DNA from: Cellvibrionales bacterium | GTDB lineage: Bacteria; Pseudomonadota; Gammaproteobacteria; Pseudomonadales; UBA7434 | Length of the DNA stretch: 64,000 bases | Direction of reading: 5' to 3' | Assembly: GCA_041941365.1 (NCBI GenBank) | Contig: JBGTQK010000012.1 | Location: forward strand, 13,415-77,414 | Shown here: one piece after another, positions 1 through 9,936 of the stretch | Position numbering within the stretch: position 1 is the stretch's first letter | How the letters are laid out: every line of letters begins with the position of its first letter | Program-made: the position numbers and the translations under genes | Notes under the pieces: model-generated | Told to the model about the DNA's origin: nothing | What the model saw: the letters and a program-made list of their open reading frames with translations, nothing else | Databases searched by the model: none

Positions 1-1230
1 AAGACCAAATGAAAGTGTTAGTGGATCTTTTGGTAAAAACTCTTTTATAAATGGCATATGATGACATATTTCATCAATTCGCTGATCTAACTCTGAATCT
101 GAGAGAGAAAATTTTTGTTTATCGCCAGGTAACTTTCTCCCTTCCCTGACTTTTATTGGAAACGTTAACTCCTCAAGAACACTTTTTTGTGAAAGTTGAC
201 GATCTGGAATAGAAAGGACAGTTGCTACTATCATTGCTCTATCACTTACATTTTTAGCAAGGCTATAATTATCGACTGTAATTGCAGTTCCATCGTTATC
301 TGCTTTATCAAGCCCTGCCAATAATCTACAGAGCGCGGTTTTACCTGAGCCTGTTTTACCTAATACAGCATGTATTTCACCCTTTTTTAGAGAAAGAGAA
401 AAATCTTCTACCACAGGATCAAAATTCTCGGATGGTTGCCAATGTAATCTGTCTATAACCAGACGTTCATCAGTTACATTAATTGGCCATTTAGTTGAAC
501 GCCAGGTCTGTTGAGAAGTAGCAGGGATAAAGTCACCGATTTGTTGCAAATTACTATCTACCATTACTTTATCGATAGATCCAAAAAAAACCTGTTTTCC
601 CTTTTCAAGTATAAGAGCATGTGTAGCCAGTGTTGTGACTACATCAATATCCTTTTCAATAATAACTAATGTACTTTGCTGAGCAATTGTAGTCAGTAAC
701 TCTATAAACCATTGCCTTTCATGACGATCCAGTCGTTCTGATAAACTATCCAGAATAACAAGGTCATGTTTTTTGGAAAGCACCGTAGCTAGTACCAGAC
801 GTTGCTGTTCAGCTGGTGAAAGATCCCATACCCATCTTTTTTTCCATTTTGGACCTAAACCAACTCTAACCAGTAGCTCATCTACTCTATTTTCTATTTG
901 ATCTTCCTGGCAACCAGAATTTCTCAAGGCAACTCTTAATTCATCCCCTACACGTAATTCAACTATCTGTAACTCCGGGTTATCAAAGATCATTGCTGAG
1001 GTAAAATTAGCTGCTCTCTCTACGCTGCCAGTAATCTCACCACCAAATAAACGCGGCAATATATTAGCCAATATCATACCAAATGTGGTTTTTCCAGAAC
1101 CGCTTGCACCTAATACCGCTAACACATTCTGTTTATCTATATCTAATTGCACATTTTCCAATGCAGGTTCCGATGCACCCGGGTAGACATAACCAAGATT
1201 ACTAATGCTCAGTAAGTTAGTCGTTAACAT
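1..1230 (-). CDS. Duplicated ABC ATPase of an ECF-type transporter (partial, runs off the left edge)
   Basis: Not in the ORF track; translated by hand from ATG at 1230 (MLTTNLLSISNLGYVYPG...). Two Walker A motifs (GASGSGKT, GKTGSGKT). First domain has degenerate motifs (LSPAEQQR, ILDSL). Abuts the S-component gene. Confidence 0.8.
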   Translation of the reverse strand, partial: MLTTNLLSISNLGYVYPGASEPALENVQLDIDKQNVLAVLGASGSGKTTFGMILANILPRLFGGEITGSVERAANFTSAMIFDNPELQIVELRVGDELRVALRNSGCQEDQIENRVDELLVRVGLGPKWKKRWVWDLSPAEQQRLVLATVLSKKHDLVILDSLSERLDRHERQWFIELLTTIAQQSTLVIIEKDIDVVTTLATHALILEKGKQVFFGSIDKVMVDSNLQQIGDFIPATSQQTWRSTKWPINVTDERLVIDRLHWQPSENFDPVVEDFSLSLKKGEIHAVLGKTGSGKTALCRLLAGLDKADNDGTAITVDNYSLAKNVSDRAMIVATVLSIPDRQLSQKSVLEELTFPIKVREGRKLPGDKQKFSLSDSELDQRIDEICHHMPFIKEFLPKDPLTLSFGL

Positions 1231-1806
1231 TCAAGCTACCTTATAATTCCCTCTTGGCGGAAAACCAAGATATCGTTCTAAACGTCCATGTAATGTAGGA
1301 ACAATAAATACAAGTGGTATTGCCCCCATAATAATTCCGTCAGTTATTGTATTGCCTATTGCTGAATAGACTGCAACCCAGGCTGTTTCTACACTAAAAA
1401 TAATAAAAGACGAGGATTCAATAACTGCATGCACAGCGCCAGCAATAATCCCCGCGGCAATTAATCTCATACGATTAAGAGGCTCACTATTGATGTAATA
1501 TCCTGCAATGATAAACGCAACCGCGTAACCCACTGCTCCAATAGGATCATCGATTTCATAACCTTCTAACATATCTCTTAAGAATTCACCCAGTGTAGCA
1601 CCACAGGATGCAGCTATTATCGGCCCACCCTTTGGCAATAAAGCCACAAAAGCAAGTGGAATAAAAAAAGGTTTAAAATCGATATCAATTGGAATTTCTG
1701 GAATAATTTCAACGAATGTCAGTGCGATAAAAAAAATTACTGCACAGAGAACTGCAATAACAATTAGTCTGGGAGTGGCGATTTCTTCATGATTACTAGG
1801 ATTCAT
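1231..1806 (-). CDS. Putative ECF transporter substrate-specific (S) component
   Basis: 191 aa, about 6 hydrophobic helices, small-residue motifs (AASCGATLG), directly upstream of the duplicated ATPase. Confidence 0.65.
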   Translation of the reverse strand: MNPSNHEEIATPRLIVIAVLCAVIFFIALTFVEIIPEIPIDIDFKPFFIPLAFVALLPKGGPIIAASCGATLGEFLRDMLEGYEIDDPIGAVGYAVAFIIAGYYINSEPLNRMRLIAAGIIAGAVHAVIESSSFIIFSVETAWVAVYSAIGNTITDGIIMGAIPLVFIVPTLHGRLERYLGFPPRGNYKVA

Positions 1807-1822
1807 TGTATTATCCAGATCT

Positions 1823-3058
1823 CTAAGTAGTTGTAATGTCTTGCTGCTGTTTAAGATTGGTTAAATAGTTAAGCCATTGTTTTGCATGTTTTTCAGTTTT
1901 CTCAAATTTACTAGCCTTGTAAAAAGAATTCGTTGCTTTATCAAGATTTTTCAGGCGTGTATTGGCAATACCATGAAGCAACCATGCATGACCTTCATCT
2001 TTCAAAGCTCCTTTTTTAAGTGCCTGATTAGCTGCAATTAATGCTTCTTTCCATTGAAAATTTGCAGAATAGAGGCGAGAAAGGCGAACAAACAGATTTC
2101 CTGATTCAGCTTTGTCAGAAGCTTTTGCAAGACTTGATAATGCTTTTTCTATTTCTCCAGCTTGATACCATGCACGTGACAGTAATTCTAAATTACGTTC
2201 ATTCTCTTCTAACACTTTACTCTTTATATTGCTGTCTAATATATTTGCAGCCTTTATTGGCAAACCTAAATTCAGATACATATTAGCAAGCATTTTTATA
2301 TTCTGAACTTTAGTAATCTGCTGTGCATCTGATAAGGTCTCAACTATAGCCAGTTGATTTTGTTGATCGCCTAACTGCCCATGTGCTATTGCTAAATTCA
2401 TAAGATATTTCTTTTTTGTATACGATTCAGATAACAACTGAAGTGTATCTCTTGCAGCCGTAAAGTCTTTCAACTCAAAAAGATTCGCTACCTGAAGGCG
2501 TAACCAATGTTCCGGAATGGATTCCTGATTTATATTTTTTTCCTCAATCATTTGAGAAATCAGTTGCTTTGATTTTTCATAAGAGGAATTCTGATAATGT
2601 GCAACAGCCAGTAAATGAAGGTTATCTGGTGTTTTTTGCTTTGGCATGGCAATTAAATTTTCTAATGTTGCAACAGCCTTATCATGATTATCCGTTGCCA
2701 TATAAACACGAGCCATCATGCTACTTAAGTTAGTTGTCATAGAGGCAGGAATACGTTTTATTGATAAAGCTGCCTCATATTGATTTAATGCATTGTTATA
2801 ATCGTTCCCAAGATAATAAGCATGACCTTTTAAGCGGTGAATTTGCGCTTTTTCATAATAGTTCAGCCGTTTCTGGCTAATTTCATCCAGCTTTACCAGA
2901 GCTTGTTTATATTCCTTTTCATCAATAAGTGTCTGCACTTCATCCAGTTTTTCAAAAACACGTTGACTAATACCTAATACTCGCTCCGCCATCGAATCTA
3001 TGGGTATAGCCACAAGAAAAATAACAAACAAATACAATTTAAAGTACTGGTTACTCAC
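1823..3058 (-). CDS. Exported TPR protein (TtpD-like) of a TonB operon
   Basis: Signal peptide, repeated TPR-like helical pairs, C-terminal AKQWLNYL; follows tonB with a 4-bp overlap. Confidence 0.8.
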   Translation of the reverse strand: MSNQYFKLYLFVIFLVAIPIDSMAERVLGISQRVFEKLDEVQTLIDEKEYKQALVKLDEISQKRLNYYEKAQIHRLKGHAYYLGNDYNNALNQYEAALSIKRIPASMTTNLSSMMARVYMATDNHDKAVATLENLIAMPKQKTPDNLHLLAVAHYQNSSYEKSKQLISQMIEEKNINQESIPEHWLRLQVANLFELKDFTAARDTLQLLSESYTKKKYLMNLAIAHGQLGDQQNQLAIVETLSDAQQITKVQNIKMLANMYLNLGLPIKAANILDSNIKSKVLEENERNLELLSRAWYQAGEIEKALSSLAKASDKAESGNLFVRLSRLYSANFQWKEALIAANQALKKGALKDEGHAWLLHGIANTRLKNLDKATNSFYKASKFEKTEKHAKQWLNYLTNLKQQQDITTT

Positions 3059-3714
3059 TGCTTACCCTTTTGATTGGCTTGATTATTAAGTTCAAAAATA
3101 AATCGGTTTTGCACACCGATAACCTCTACTGCTTCACCATCAATAATACGTGGCTTATACTTGAATCCCAAAGCTGCATTAATAGAGGGTTTCATAAATA
3201 CTGACTCTAAACATTGCTCTTTTACCACTTTGACATCTTTTACTGTGCCTAATGTAGTCACGGTGTATTGCACCATACAAGTACCCGTTATATTTTTAAC
3301 CATTGCGCTTCTCGGATACAGTGGTGCAATCTTCACAATAGGCAAATATTCACTATTACTCGCTATTCCAAAACCACTATTCATTTCTTGTGTAACACCG
3401 GTATCACTACTAAAGTTTACTGTTAGGCTTTCAGCTCCCGCTGAAGACATATTTTGTGGCGCAGGAGTTTCTGGCGCATCAACAACTGTTGGCTTTTTGG
3501 GTTTTCTGTTCTTGCGCTGTACAGATTCGGAACGTTTCATCCTGACAAAATCCAGCATTTGATTTTTTTCAACCTTTGACAACTGCATTTCCGACTTACT
3601 AATAAGCGTACTCATGAACCAGGCTAGAGAAAAAACAAAACACACAGCAAAAAGTAAACTGGCTGTATACTGTATTAATTTTTCTGTGCGACTAATCTGT
3701 ATTCGAGCAGTCAT
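3055..3714 (-). CDS. tonB: Energy transducer TonB
   Basis: N-terminal TM, Pro/Lys-rich linker, TonB_C motif PIVKIAPLYP...FKYKPRIIDG. Confidence 0.9.
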   Translation of the reverse strand: MTARIQISRTEKLIQYTASLLFAVCFVFSLAWFMSTLISKSEMQLSKVEKNQMLDFVRMKRSESVQRKNRKPKKPTVVDAPETPAPQNMSSAGAESLTVNFSSDTGVTQEMNSGFGIASNSEYLPIVKIAPLYPRSAMVKNITGTCMVQYTVTTLGTVKDVKVVKEQCLESVFMKPSINAALGFKYKPRIIDGEAVEVIGVQNRFIFELNNQANQKGKQ

Positions 3715-3728
3715 ATAATTCTACCCCG

Positions 3729-4139
3729 CTAGTCAACCGTGGCAGCCAGCGCTATATCAAAAACACCTGCCCGACGAGATGCATCCATTACCTGAACAAG
3801 TGTTTCATTGTGCGACAACTTGTCAGCCTGAATCACCACTGTTCCTTTAGGGTTTTCTGCATGGAGTCTTTCAATAATCGGTCGTACTGAACGTAGATCG
3901 ACCTGCCGTCGATTTACCCAAATGTTATCTGCCTCGTCAATTGCTATGAGAATACTTGCCTTCTCCTGAACAATCGCCGTTGCAGCTACCGGCTTATCTA
4001 CATCTATGCCAGCTTCTTTAATGAATGTAGCAGTGACGATAAAAAAGATCAGCATTATAAAAACCACATCTAACATTGGCGTTATATCAACACTGGATTC
4101 GTCGTTTTCTGTTTGACTTTGAAGTAATAGATTTCGCAT
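3729..4139 (-). CDS. exbD: Biopolymer transport protein ExbD
   Basis: DITPMLDVVFIMLIFFIVT signature. Confidence 0.95.
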   Translation of the reverse strand: MRNLLLQSQTENDESSVDITPMLDVVFIMLIFFIVTATFIKEAGIDVDKPVAATAIVQEKASILIAIDEADNIWVNRRQVDLRSVRPIIERLHAENPKGTVVIQADKLSHNETLVQVMDASRRAGVFDIALAATVD

Positions 4140-4150
4140 TTTTAGACGCT

Positions 4151-4678
4151 TTAGTTAGATTCAAAATAGGAAGGCACTTTTTCACGTTCAGCAATTGCCC
4201 TACGTTCAAATAGTGTAGTGATAATCAAACCAATGATTGCAACTACCATACCGGCCAATGTCGATACGGTCGCTTTAGAAACACCTGCTGCCATTGATCT
4301 TGGATTATTTGAACCTGTAGCAGCAAGTGCATCAAAGACTTCAAGCATACCCAATACAGTTCCTAACAAGCCTAATAATGGGCATATTTTTATCAAAGTA
4401 GTAATAAATGCATAGCGATTAGATAATGCAGAACGAAGATTAAAGATCAAATTATTACGAGAATATTGTGCATAAGATGAAGTATGGTCATGAATGCTAT
4501 TCCATGTATTGATCGCTTCATCACGCATACCAGGATAAAGAATAGTTTTAAAATAAGCACGTTCAAAAATTAAAAAACCAATAACAAAACCTATAAGCAG
4601 TATTAAGCCTAATATAGGACCACCCAATTCTAATAAATCTACAGCCCAGGGCAGTCTGTTATCCAGTAATTGAATCAT
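4151..4678 (-). CDS. exbB: MotA/TolQ/ExbB proton channel
   Basis: PLLGLLGTVLGM motif. Start moved to MIQLL (4678) to avoid a long overlap. Confidence 0.9.
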   Translation of the reverse strand: MIQLLDNRLPWAVDLLELGGPILGLILLIGFVIGFLIFERAYFKTILYPGMRDEAINTWNSIHDHTSSYAQYSRNNLIFNLRSALSNRYAFITTLIKICPLLGLLGTVLGMLEVFDALAATGSNNPRSMAAGVSKATVSTLAGMVVAIIGLIITTLFERRAIAEREKVPSYFESN

Positions 4679-4688
4679 GGTTATACGC

Positions 4689-6074
4689 CTAACTCTTTGC
4701 TGTATGGTTTGCAATAAGAGCAACAGCTTCTTGTTGCAACAAGTCTGTCAGCGATTTGGCTCGCATCTGCACAAGGCTATGTAACAATAACATAGGCACT
4801 GCAACACAAAGGCCAAGAACAGTTGTTATCAACGCTTGAGATATACCTCCGGCCATTAAACGTGGATCACCTGCACCAAAAAGCGTTATTGCCTGAAAAG
4901 TCACAATCATACCGGTTACAGTACCTAACAGTCCCATTAATGGAGCAACAGCAGCTATAATTTTTAATATAGGGATATATGCATTTATCTTTGGGACTTC
5001 ACGAAGTACAGCATCGCTCAGGTGTAGCTCCAGTGTGTCTGTATTACTTTTATTATTCTCACTAACAGCCAACATTATTCTACCAAGAGGATTATTTTTT
5101 CGAGGACTCTCCTGCGTTAGCATCTGTCGGTTAATTATATGCCCTTGCCAGATTAATGTTGCTAAACGAAACAGGGCAAATAATACGCCAGCAACTCCTA
5201 AAGCAATAATTGCGTAACCAATAGTGCCACCTTGAGCCAATCGCTCAGATAATTTTGGTGCCTGGGTTAAAATATCAATAAGTTGTCCACGTACTGGATC
5301 TATTGCAAAAGGTATCAATTCATTTTCTTTTTTTGTTTGTAACGCGCGCGGTCCTGCAAGATATCGAGAAGAAGGCTGTCTTGAATATTCTATCAATCGT
5401 CCTGTTTCCGGGATAAACTTTAAATACTTACCATCTGCCACTGCATTGAACAATCCAATCCTGGTAACATCGAGAGTAACTTCACTGCCATCTGTCAGTA
5501 AAACAGTATGCTCCTTGGTAGCAACTCTTGCTGAAGCAGTCATCTCGGTTTGAAGCTCAAGCCAAAGACGCTCTATTTCCTCAATTTTTGGCAAACGATT
5601 TGCCTGCCCCATCTTTGCACTGAACTCAATTAAAAAAGGAATTCTCTCGGAATGCTCCAGTTGAGTTAACGATGCTGAAAACTGTCCTTGTGCATCACCA
5701 GACACTTGTTGAAGAACACCAAATAATTCTTTCAACGAACCCATTTTGTCACTCAATCGAGTTTCTAACGATGCAATTTTCTGGTCGTTATCCTCAAACA
5801 ACTTTTCTTTATCTGAACTTGTTTTTTCCAGACTTTTTCTTTTCTCAATGATATCGGAAAGTTTTTTCTGACGTTCACTTCCCAGCTGGGTAAATTGCTC
5901 TATCCTTTCCTTATTCGCTATATCATCATTGCGCTTTCCTTGCTTTAGTGTATTAAGTAAACTTTCAAGAGTGAGCTCATTTGTATTGCTTGCTGCTAAT
6001 ACAAAATTACTTTGTATAGAGATAATCGATAGAATAAGGATCAAATAAAGCTTTGGCATTATAAACATATTCAT
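4689..6074 (-). CDS. ttpC: TtpC-like long ExbB-family protein
   Basis: Signal peptide, coiled-coil N-terminus, C-terminal APLMGLLGTVTGMI...GGISQALITT; position matches TonB2-type operons. Confidence 0.8.
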   Translation of the reverse strand: MNMFIMPKLYLILILSIISIQSNFVLAASNTNELTLESLLNTLKQGKRNDDIANKERIEQFTQLGSERQKKLSDIIEKRKSLEKTSSDKEKLFEDNDQKIASLETRLSDKMGSLKELFGVLQQVSGDAQGQFSASLTQLEHSERIPFLIEFSAKMGQANRLPKIEEIERLWLELQTEMTASARVATKEHTVLLTDGSEVTLDVTRIGLFNAVADGKYLKFIPETGRLIEYSRQPSSRYLAGPRALQTKKENELIPFAIDPVRGQLIDILTQAPKLSERLAQGGTIGYAIIALGVAGVLFALFRLATLIWQGHIINRQMLTQESPRKNNPLGRIMLAVSENNKSNTDTLELHLSDAVLREVPKINAYIPILKIIAAVAPLMGLLGTVTGMIVTFQAITLFGAGDPRLMAGGISQALITTVLGLCVAVPMLLLHSLVQMRAKSLTDLLQQEAVALIANHTAKS

Positions 6075-6922
6075 TATTCACCTAACCTCGCTAGATCTAG
6101 TGGGAAATAAATGAGTTGAGGTGCTACTTCCTGTTTAGCTACTTTCAATCCATTTTGAATTAATCGCAACCAGGGTGACCTTTTTAACGGTTTCCAGGCA
6201 GCCTTTGTTTTATCCCAATAACCAACGTTATCATTACCAATAGTCTTATATAACAAGGCAACTCTACCTATGCGTAAAAACTCGGCATCATAGCTTCCTT
6301 CAGCTAATGGCAGTTTCCCCGTATAACTTTCTATCGTACGACCATATTCATTTTCAATTTCAAACGCTTCAAAAACTCTACGGCATTTCTCAGCAATCGT
6401 AATATCTGCTCTGGTTATCAATGAACGTAGTTTTTCAACACGTTTTTGACGTTCTTCTGGTAAAAAAGGTGTATCTATATCAACAAATTGCTCTAATGCA
6501 TCGACCATATTTAATAACAAGGGTAAAATCTGGCGCTCTGTCGTTGCTACCTCCAGAATGGAATGATTTAAGGTTTCAATTTCTTTATTCTGACTTGCTA
6601 TTTGTTTATCAAGAAGATCGATATAAGTTTCCATACTCGATATTAATTGCAACTCCTTATAATAATCTTTAGCAAGCTGAGTATTTTCATCAACAAGCTT
6701 ATCAATTTCTTTTTGTGACTCCTGATTACTGTGTATTCTTTCAATCCCCTCCTGTTCCAATTTTTTTATTTTTTCTGTACTGCTAGTAGTCGATGGTGAT
6801 GTTTCTTCTGAATATGTCACACTAACAAAACTACATAGCAAGCCTAAACTCACTATTCTGATTATTGATAATAATGTAGAGTAAATGAACGTTTTTTCTA
6901 GTGCATGGAAAAGTTTATTCAT
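6074..6922 (-). CDS. DUF3450-family protein (TtpB-like)
   Basis: Motifs DTPFLPEER, ENEYG, FLRIGRVAL; first gene of the TonB operon. Confidence 0.85.
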   Translation of the reverse strand: MNKLFHALEKTFIYSTLLSIIRIVSLGLLCSFVSVTYSEETSPSTTSSTEKIKKLEQEGIERIHSNQESQKEIDKLVDENTQLAKDYYKELQLISSMETYIDLLDKQIASQNKEIETLNHSILEVATTERQILPLLLNMVDALEQFVDIDTPFLPEERQKRVEKLRSLITRADITIAEKCRRVFEAFEIENEYGRTIESYTGKLPLAEGSYDAEFLRIGRVALLYKTIGNDNVGYWDKTKAAWKPLKRSPWLRLIQNGLKVAKQEVAPQLIYFPLDLARLGE

Positions 6923-7045
6923 AACAGATTTTCCAGATAATCGAGCATGCTATGATCAATCAGGCTCATAATGAGTGTTTAGGTGCTGAAATGTCGAACA
7001 TTACGCATTTGTTAGCAATCATCATTGCTTATGGTCGCCATTCTA

Positions 7046-7080
7046 TTGATGCAACTCAAAAAACTATTGACCTAAATCAA
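7046..7080. promoter_or_regulatory. Two tandem FNR/Anr-like boxes
   Basis: TTGATGCAACTCAA (7046-7059) and TTGACCTAAATCAA (7067-7080), each one mismatch from TTGAT-N4-ATCAA. Confidence 0.5.
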
Positions 7081-7331
7081 TCAAGCAAAATTATCAATAT
7101 TAAATTTTTATTTCACTTTTATTAAATTTTGATTTTCAAAGTGATCCGGTCAGTATTAAAATAAAGCTAAATATAGGCTCTGAAGTCTTACTGAATAGTC
7201 ACTCCATAAAGAGATAAACAACTAAACACCAGATATTTCAGAATGTTAGTATCTGAAGATATTCCATTGCTAAAAGCTATTAATTAAGCTTTTTCGTTAA
7301 AGCAATATTTTCGCTCATAGAGGAATCACTT

Positions 7332-8090
7332 ATTTTATTAACCACCTTATTATTCTTTTTATTTTTTTATAATTCAGCCTATTGTGATGTTGTAAATATT
7401 GCTGTTGCTGCAAACTTTACCGCTCCAATGAAAACGATTGCGTCTGAATTTGAGGCTGATACCGACTATAAAACCCGGCTTTCTTTTGGCTCATCCGGTA
7501 AACTCTTTGCACAAATAGCTAATGGTGCTCCTTTTGGGGTACTGCTTTCGGCAGACCAGAAAATACCTCTCGCTCTTGAAAAAAAAGGTTTAACAATCAA
7601 AAATTCCAGATTTACCTATGCATTGGGCCAGCTAGCGCTATGGTCTGCTAATTCAACATACAAAAATAATCTAACGGATCTACTTATTTCTGGAAATTAT
7701 AATACGTTAGCCATTGCCAACCCGAAGCTGGCACCTTACGGTATAGCAGCTTTAGAAGTACTGGATTATCTCAATATAAAGCAAAGCAGTATTCCTCGTC
7801 TTGTCAGAGGAGAAAATATTACCCAGACTTTTCAATTTACCCACTCTGGCAATGCAGATCTTGGGTTTATTGCAGTCTCCCAGATAGAAAACCCGAATAT
7901 TGCAATAAGTGGCTCTTTATGGATAGTTCCAAAAAGTCATTATTCACCAATTAAGCAGGATGCTGTATTGCTAAAAAAAGGAGAAAATAACCCTGCTGCA
8001 ATCTCTTTTATCGCATACCTTAAAAGTGATAAAGCAAAAAAAATTATTACGTCTTATGGCTATCAACTAATGCATAAGACGCTTCATTAA
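7332..8090 (+). CDS. modA: Molybdate ABC transporter periplasmic binding protein (start uncertain, upstream of the tracked ATG)
   Basis: SFGSSGKLFAQIANGAPF and ANPKLAPYG motifs. In-frame upstream extension gives a signal peptide and VNIAVAANF. Confidence 0.9.
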   Translation: MLLTTLLFFLFFYNSAYCDVVNIAVAANFTAPMKTIASEFEADTDYKTRLSFGSSGKLFAQIANGAPFGVLLSADQKIPLALEKKGLTIKNSRFTYALGQLALWSANSTYKNNLTDLLISGNYNTLAIANPKLAPYGIAALEVLDYLNIKQSSIPRLVRGENITQTFQFTHSGNADLGFIAVSQIENPNIAISGSLWIVPKSHYSPIKQDAVLLKKGENNPAAISFIAYLKSDKAKKIITSYGYQLMHKTLH

Positions 8091-8107
8091 ATATTGCAAA
8101 TGATCCA

Positions 8108-8800
8108 TTGGGAGAAGCAGTGCCTTTTTCAGAATCTGATATTCATGCAATTATACTTACTATCAAGCTTGCATCTCTGGTCACACTAATACTGCTATTA
8201 ATAGGCACGCCTATAGCATGGTGGCTTTCTCAAACTCAAAGTCGTTACAAAGGTATTATCAGTTCTATCGTTGCATTGCCTTTGGTTCTACCACCAACTG
8301 TAATCGGCTTCTATTTGCTTATTGTAATGGGGCCACAAGGTATAGTAGGCAAACTAACGCAATCTATTGGTCTTGGTACTTTACCTTTTACCTTCGAAGG
8401 GCTTGTTATAGCATCAGTCTTGTATTCTATGCCTTTTGTAGTTCAACCTATACAAAATGCAATTGAGGCGTTAGGCCATAGACCACTTGAAGCAGCGGCG
8501 TCACTTGGTGCAAGCCCATTAGATACTTTTTTTACTGTGGTACTGCCTCTTGCTGCTCCCGGGTTCATTACAGCAACTATACTAGGATTTGCTCATACCG
8601 TAGGTGAGTTTGGTATCGTACTAATGATAGGAGGAAATATTCCTGAAGAAACACGCGTGATTTCAGTTCAAATATATGACCATGTTGAATCCATGCAATA
8701 CACAGAAGCCCACAAACTGGCAGCAGTTATGGTTATATTCTCTTTTGTAGTACTTTTTTGTCTTTATAGCCTCACGAGCAAACGTGATAGTAAACTCTGA
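8108..8800 (+). CDS. modB: Molybdate ABC transporter permease
   Basis: LPLVLPPTVIGFYLL, EAAASLGA and FAHTVGEFG motifs. Confidence 0.95.
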   Translation: MGEAVPFSESDIHAIILTIKLASLVTLILLLIGTPIAWWLSQTQSRYKGIISSIVALPLVLPPTVIGFYLLIVMGPQGIVGKLTQSIGLGTLPFTFEGLVIASVLYSMPFVVQPIQNAIEALGHRPLEAAASLGASPLDTFFTVVLPLAAPGFITATILGFAHTVGEFGIVLMIGGNIPEETRVISVQIYDHVESMQYTEAHKLAAVMVIFSFVVLFCLYSLTSKRDSKL

Positions 8801-8818
8801 CTTTTCGTAGTGTAGTCA

Positions 8819-9898
8819 ATGTCTGATAATATATACGTTTGTTTTAAACTTGAAAGATCCAGCTTTACAATTAATGTAGATATTACCCTGCCTGGCAAGG
8901 GTCTAACGGTTATTTTTGGTCATTCCGGTTCTGGAAAAACTTCTCTATTGCGATTCATAGCTGGATTTGAAAAATCTGCTCAAGGAAAATTAATATTCCA
9001 GGGTAATACCTGGCATGATGAAAAGACTTTTATTCCTACTTATAAGCGCCCCATGGCCTACGTATTTCAGGAGCCCAGCCTGTTTACCCACCTCAACGTG
9101 GAAAAAAATCTGAATTATTCAAGCAAAAGAGCTAATCAGCATAATTTATCTGTTAGATACAACGATGTAATTCAACTACTTGATATAAATAGATTACTAA
9201 AACAATATCCAAACCGGCTTTCCGGAGGAGAAAAGCAACGCGTTGCTATAGCTCGAGCTTTAATCAATAATCCAAGGCTATTATTAATGGACGAACCTCT
9301 CGCTTCACTTGATCAGGCACGTAAACAGGAAATTCTCCCTTATATTGAAAAGCTTAAACAGGAAATGGGTTTACCTATACTCTTCGTCACTCATTCGACA
9401 GATGAAGTTGCCAGGCTTGCCGATACTCTGGTTGCTATGGAGAATGGACAAATTGTTGCTAGTGGCGACCTTACCCAGACATTCGCCAATCTCGATTTTC
9501 CTATTAGTCTTGGTGAAGAAAGTGGTGTTGTTATTCAAACCGTTATTAAAGAAAAAGACACTGAATGGGGATTAATGAAGGTTGAATTTGATGGCGGTAG
9601 TCTTTGGGTGCGTGATAATGCAGGAAACGTTAAGGATACTGTAAGAGTAAGAGTTCTGGCCAGAGATGTTAGTCTTTCGCTCAATAAAGAAAATAATAAC
9701 ACGAGTATTATGAATAGACTGGTTGCAAAAATAATCGAAATCAGTGAAGAAACACACCCGGGGCTGGCTCTCGTCAAACTTAAAATCGGTAATACTTATT
9801 TGATCGCTCGAGTCACTCGCCGTTCAATACATCAGCTCGGATTATCCAGCGGTGATAATATTTGTGCACAAATAAAATCAGTGGCACTTGTTCAGTAA
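8819..9898 (+). CDS. modC: Molybdate ABC transporter ATPase
   Basis: GHSGSGKT, LSGGEKQR, LLMDEP, C-terminal TOBE/Mop domain (AQIKSVAL). Confidence 0.95.
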   Translation: MSDNIYVCFKLERSSFTINVDITLPGKGLTVIFGHSGSGKTSLLRFIAGFEKSAQGKLIFQGNTWHDEKTFIPTYKRPMAYVFQEPSLFTHLNVEKNLNYSSKRANQHNLSVRYNDVIQLLDINRLLKQYPNRLSGGEKQRVAIARALINNPRLLLMDEPLASLDQARKQEILPYIEKLKQEMGLPILFVTHSTDEVARLADTLVAMENGQIVASGDLTQTFANLDFPISLGEESGVVIQTVIKEKDTEWGLMKVEFDGGSLWVRDNAGNVKDTVRVRVLARDVSLSLNKENNNTSIMNRLVAKIIEISEETHPGLALVKLKIGNTYLIARVTRRSIHQLGLSSGDNICAQIKSVALVQ

Positions 9899-9936
9899 AT
9901 TTTTATAATACAGTTATAGCGGTTTTATCAATGGAT

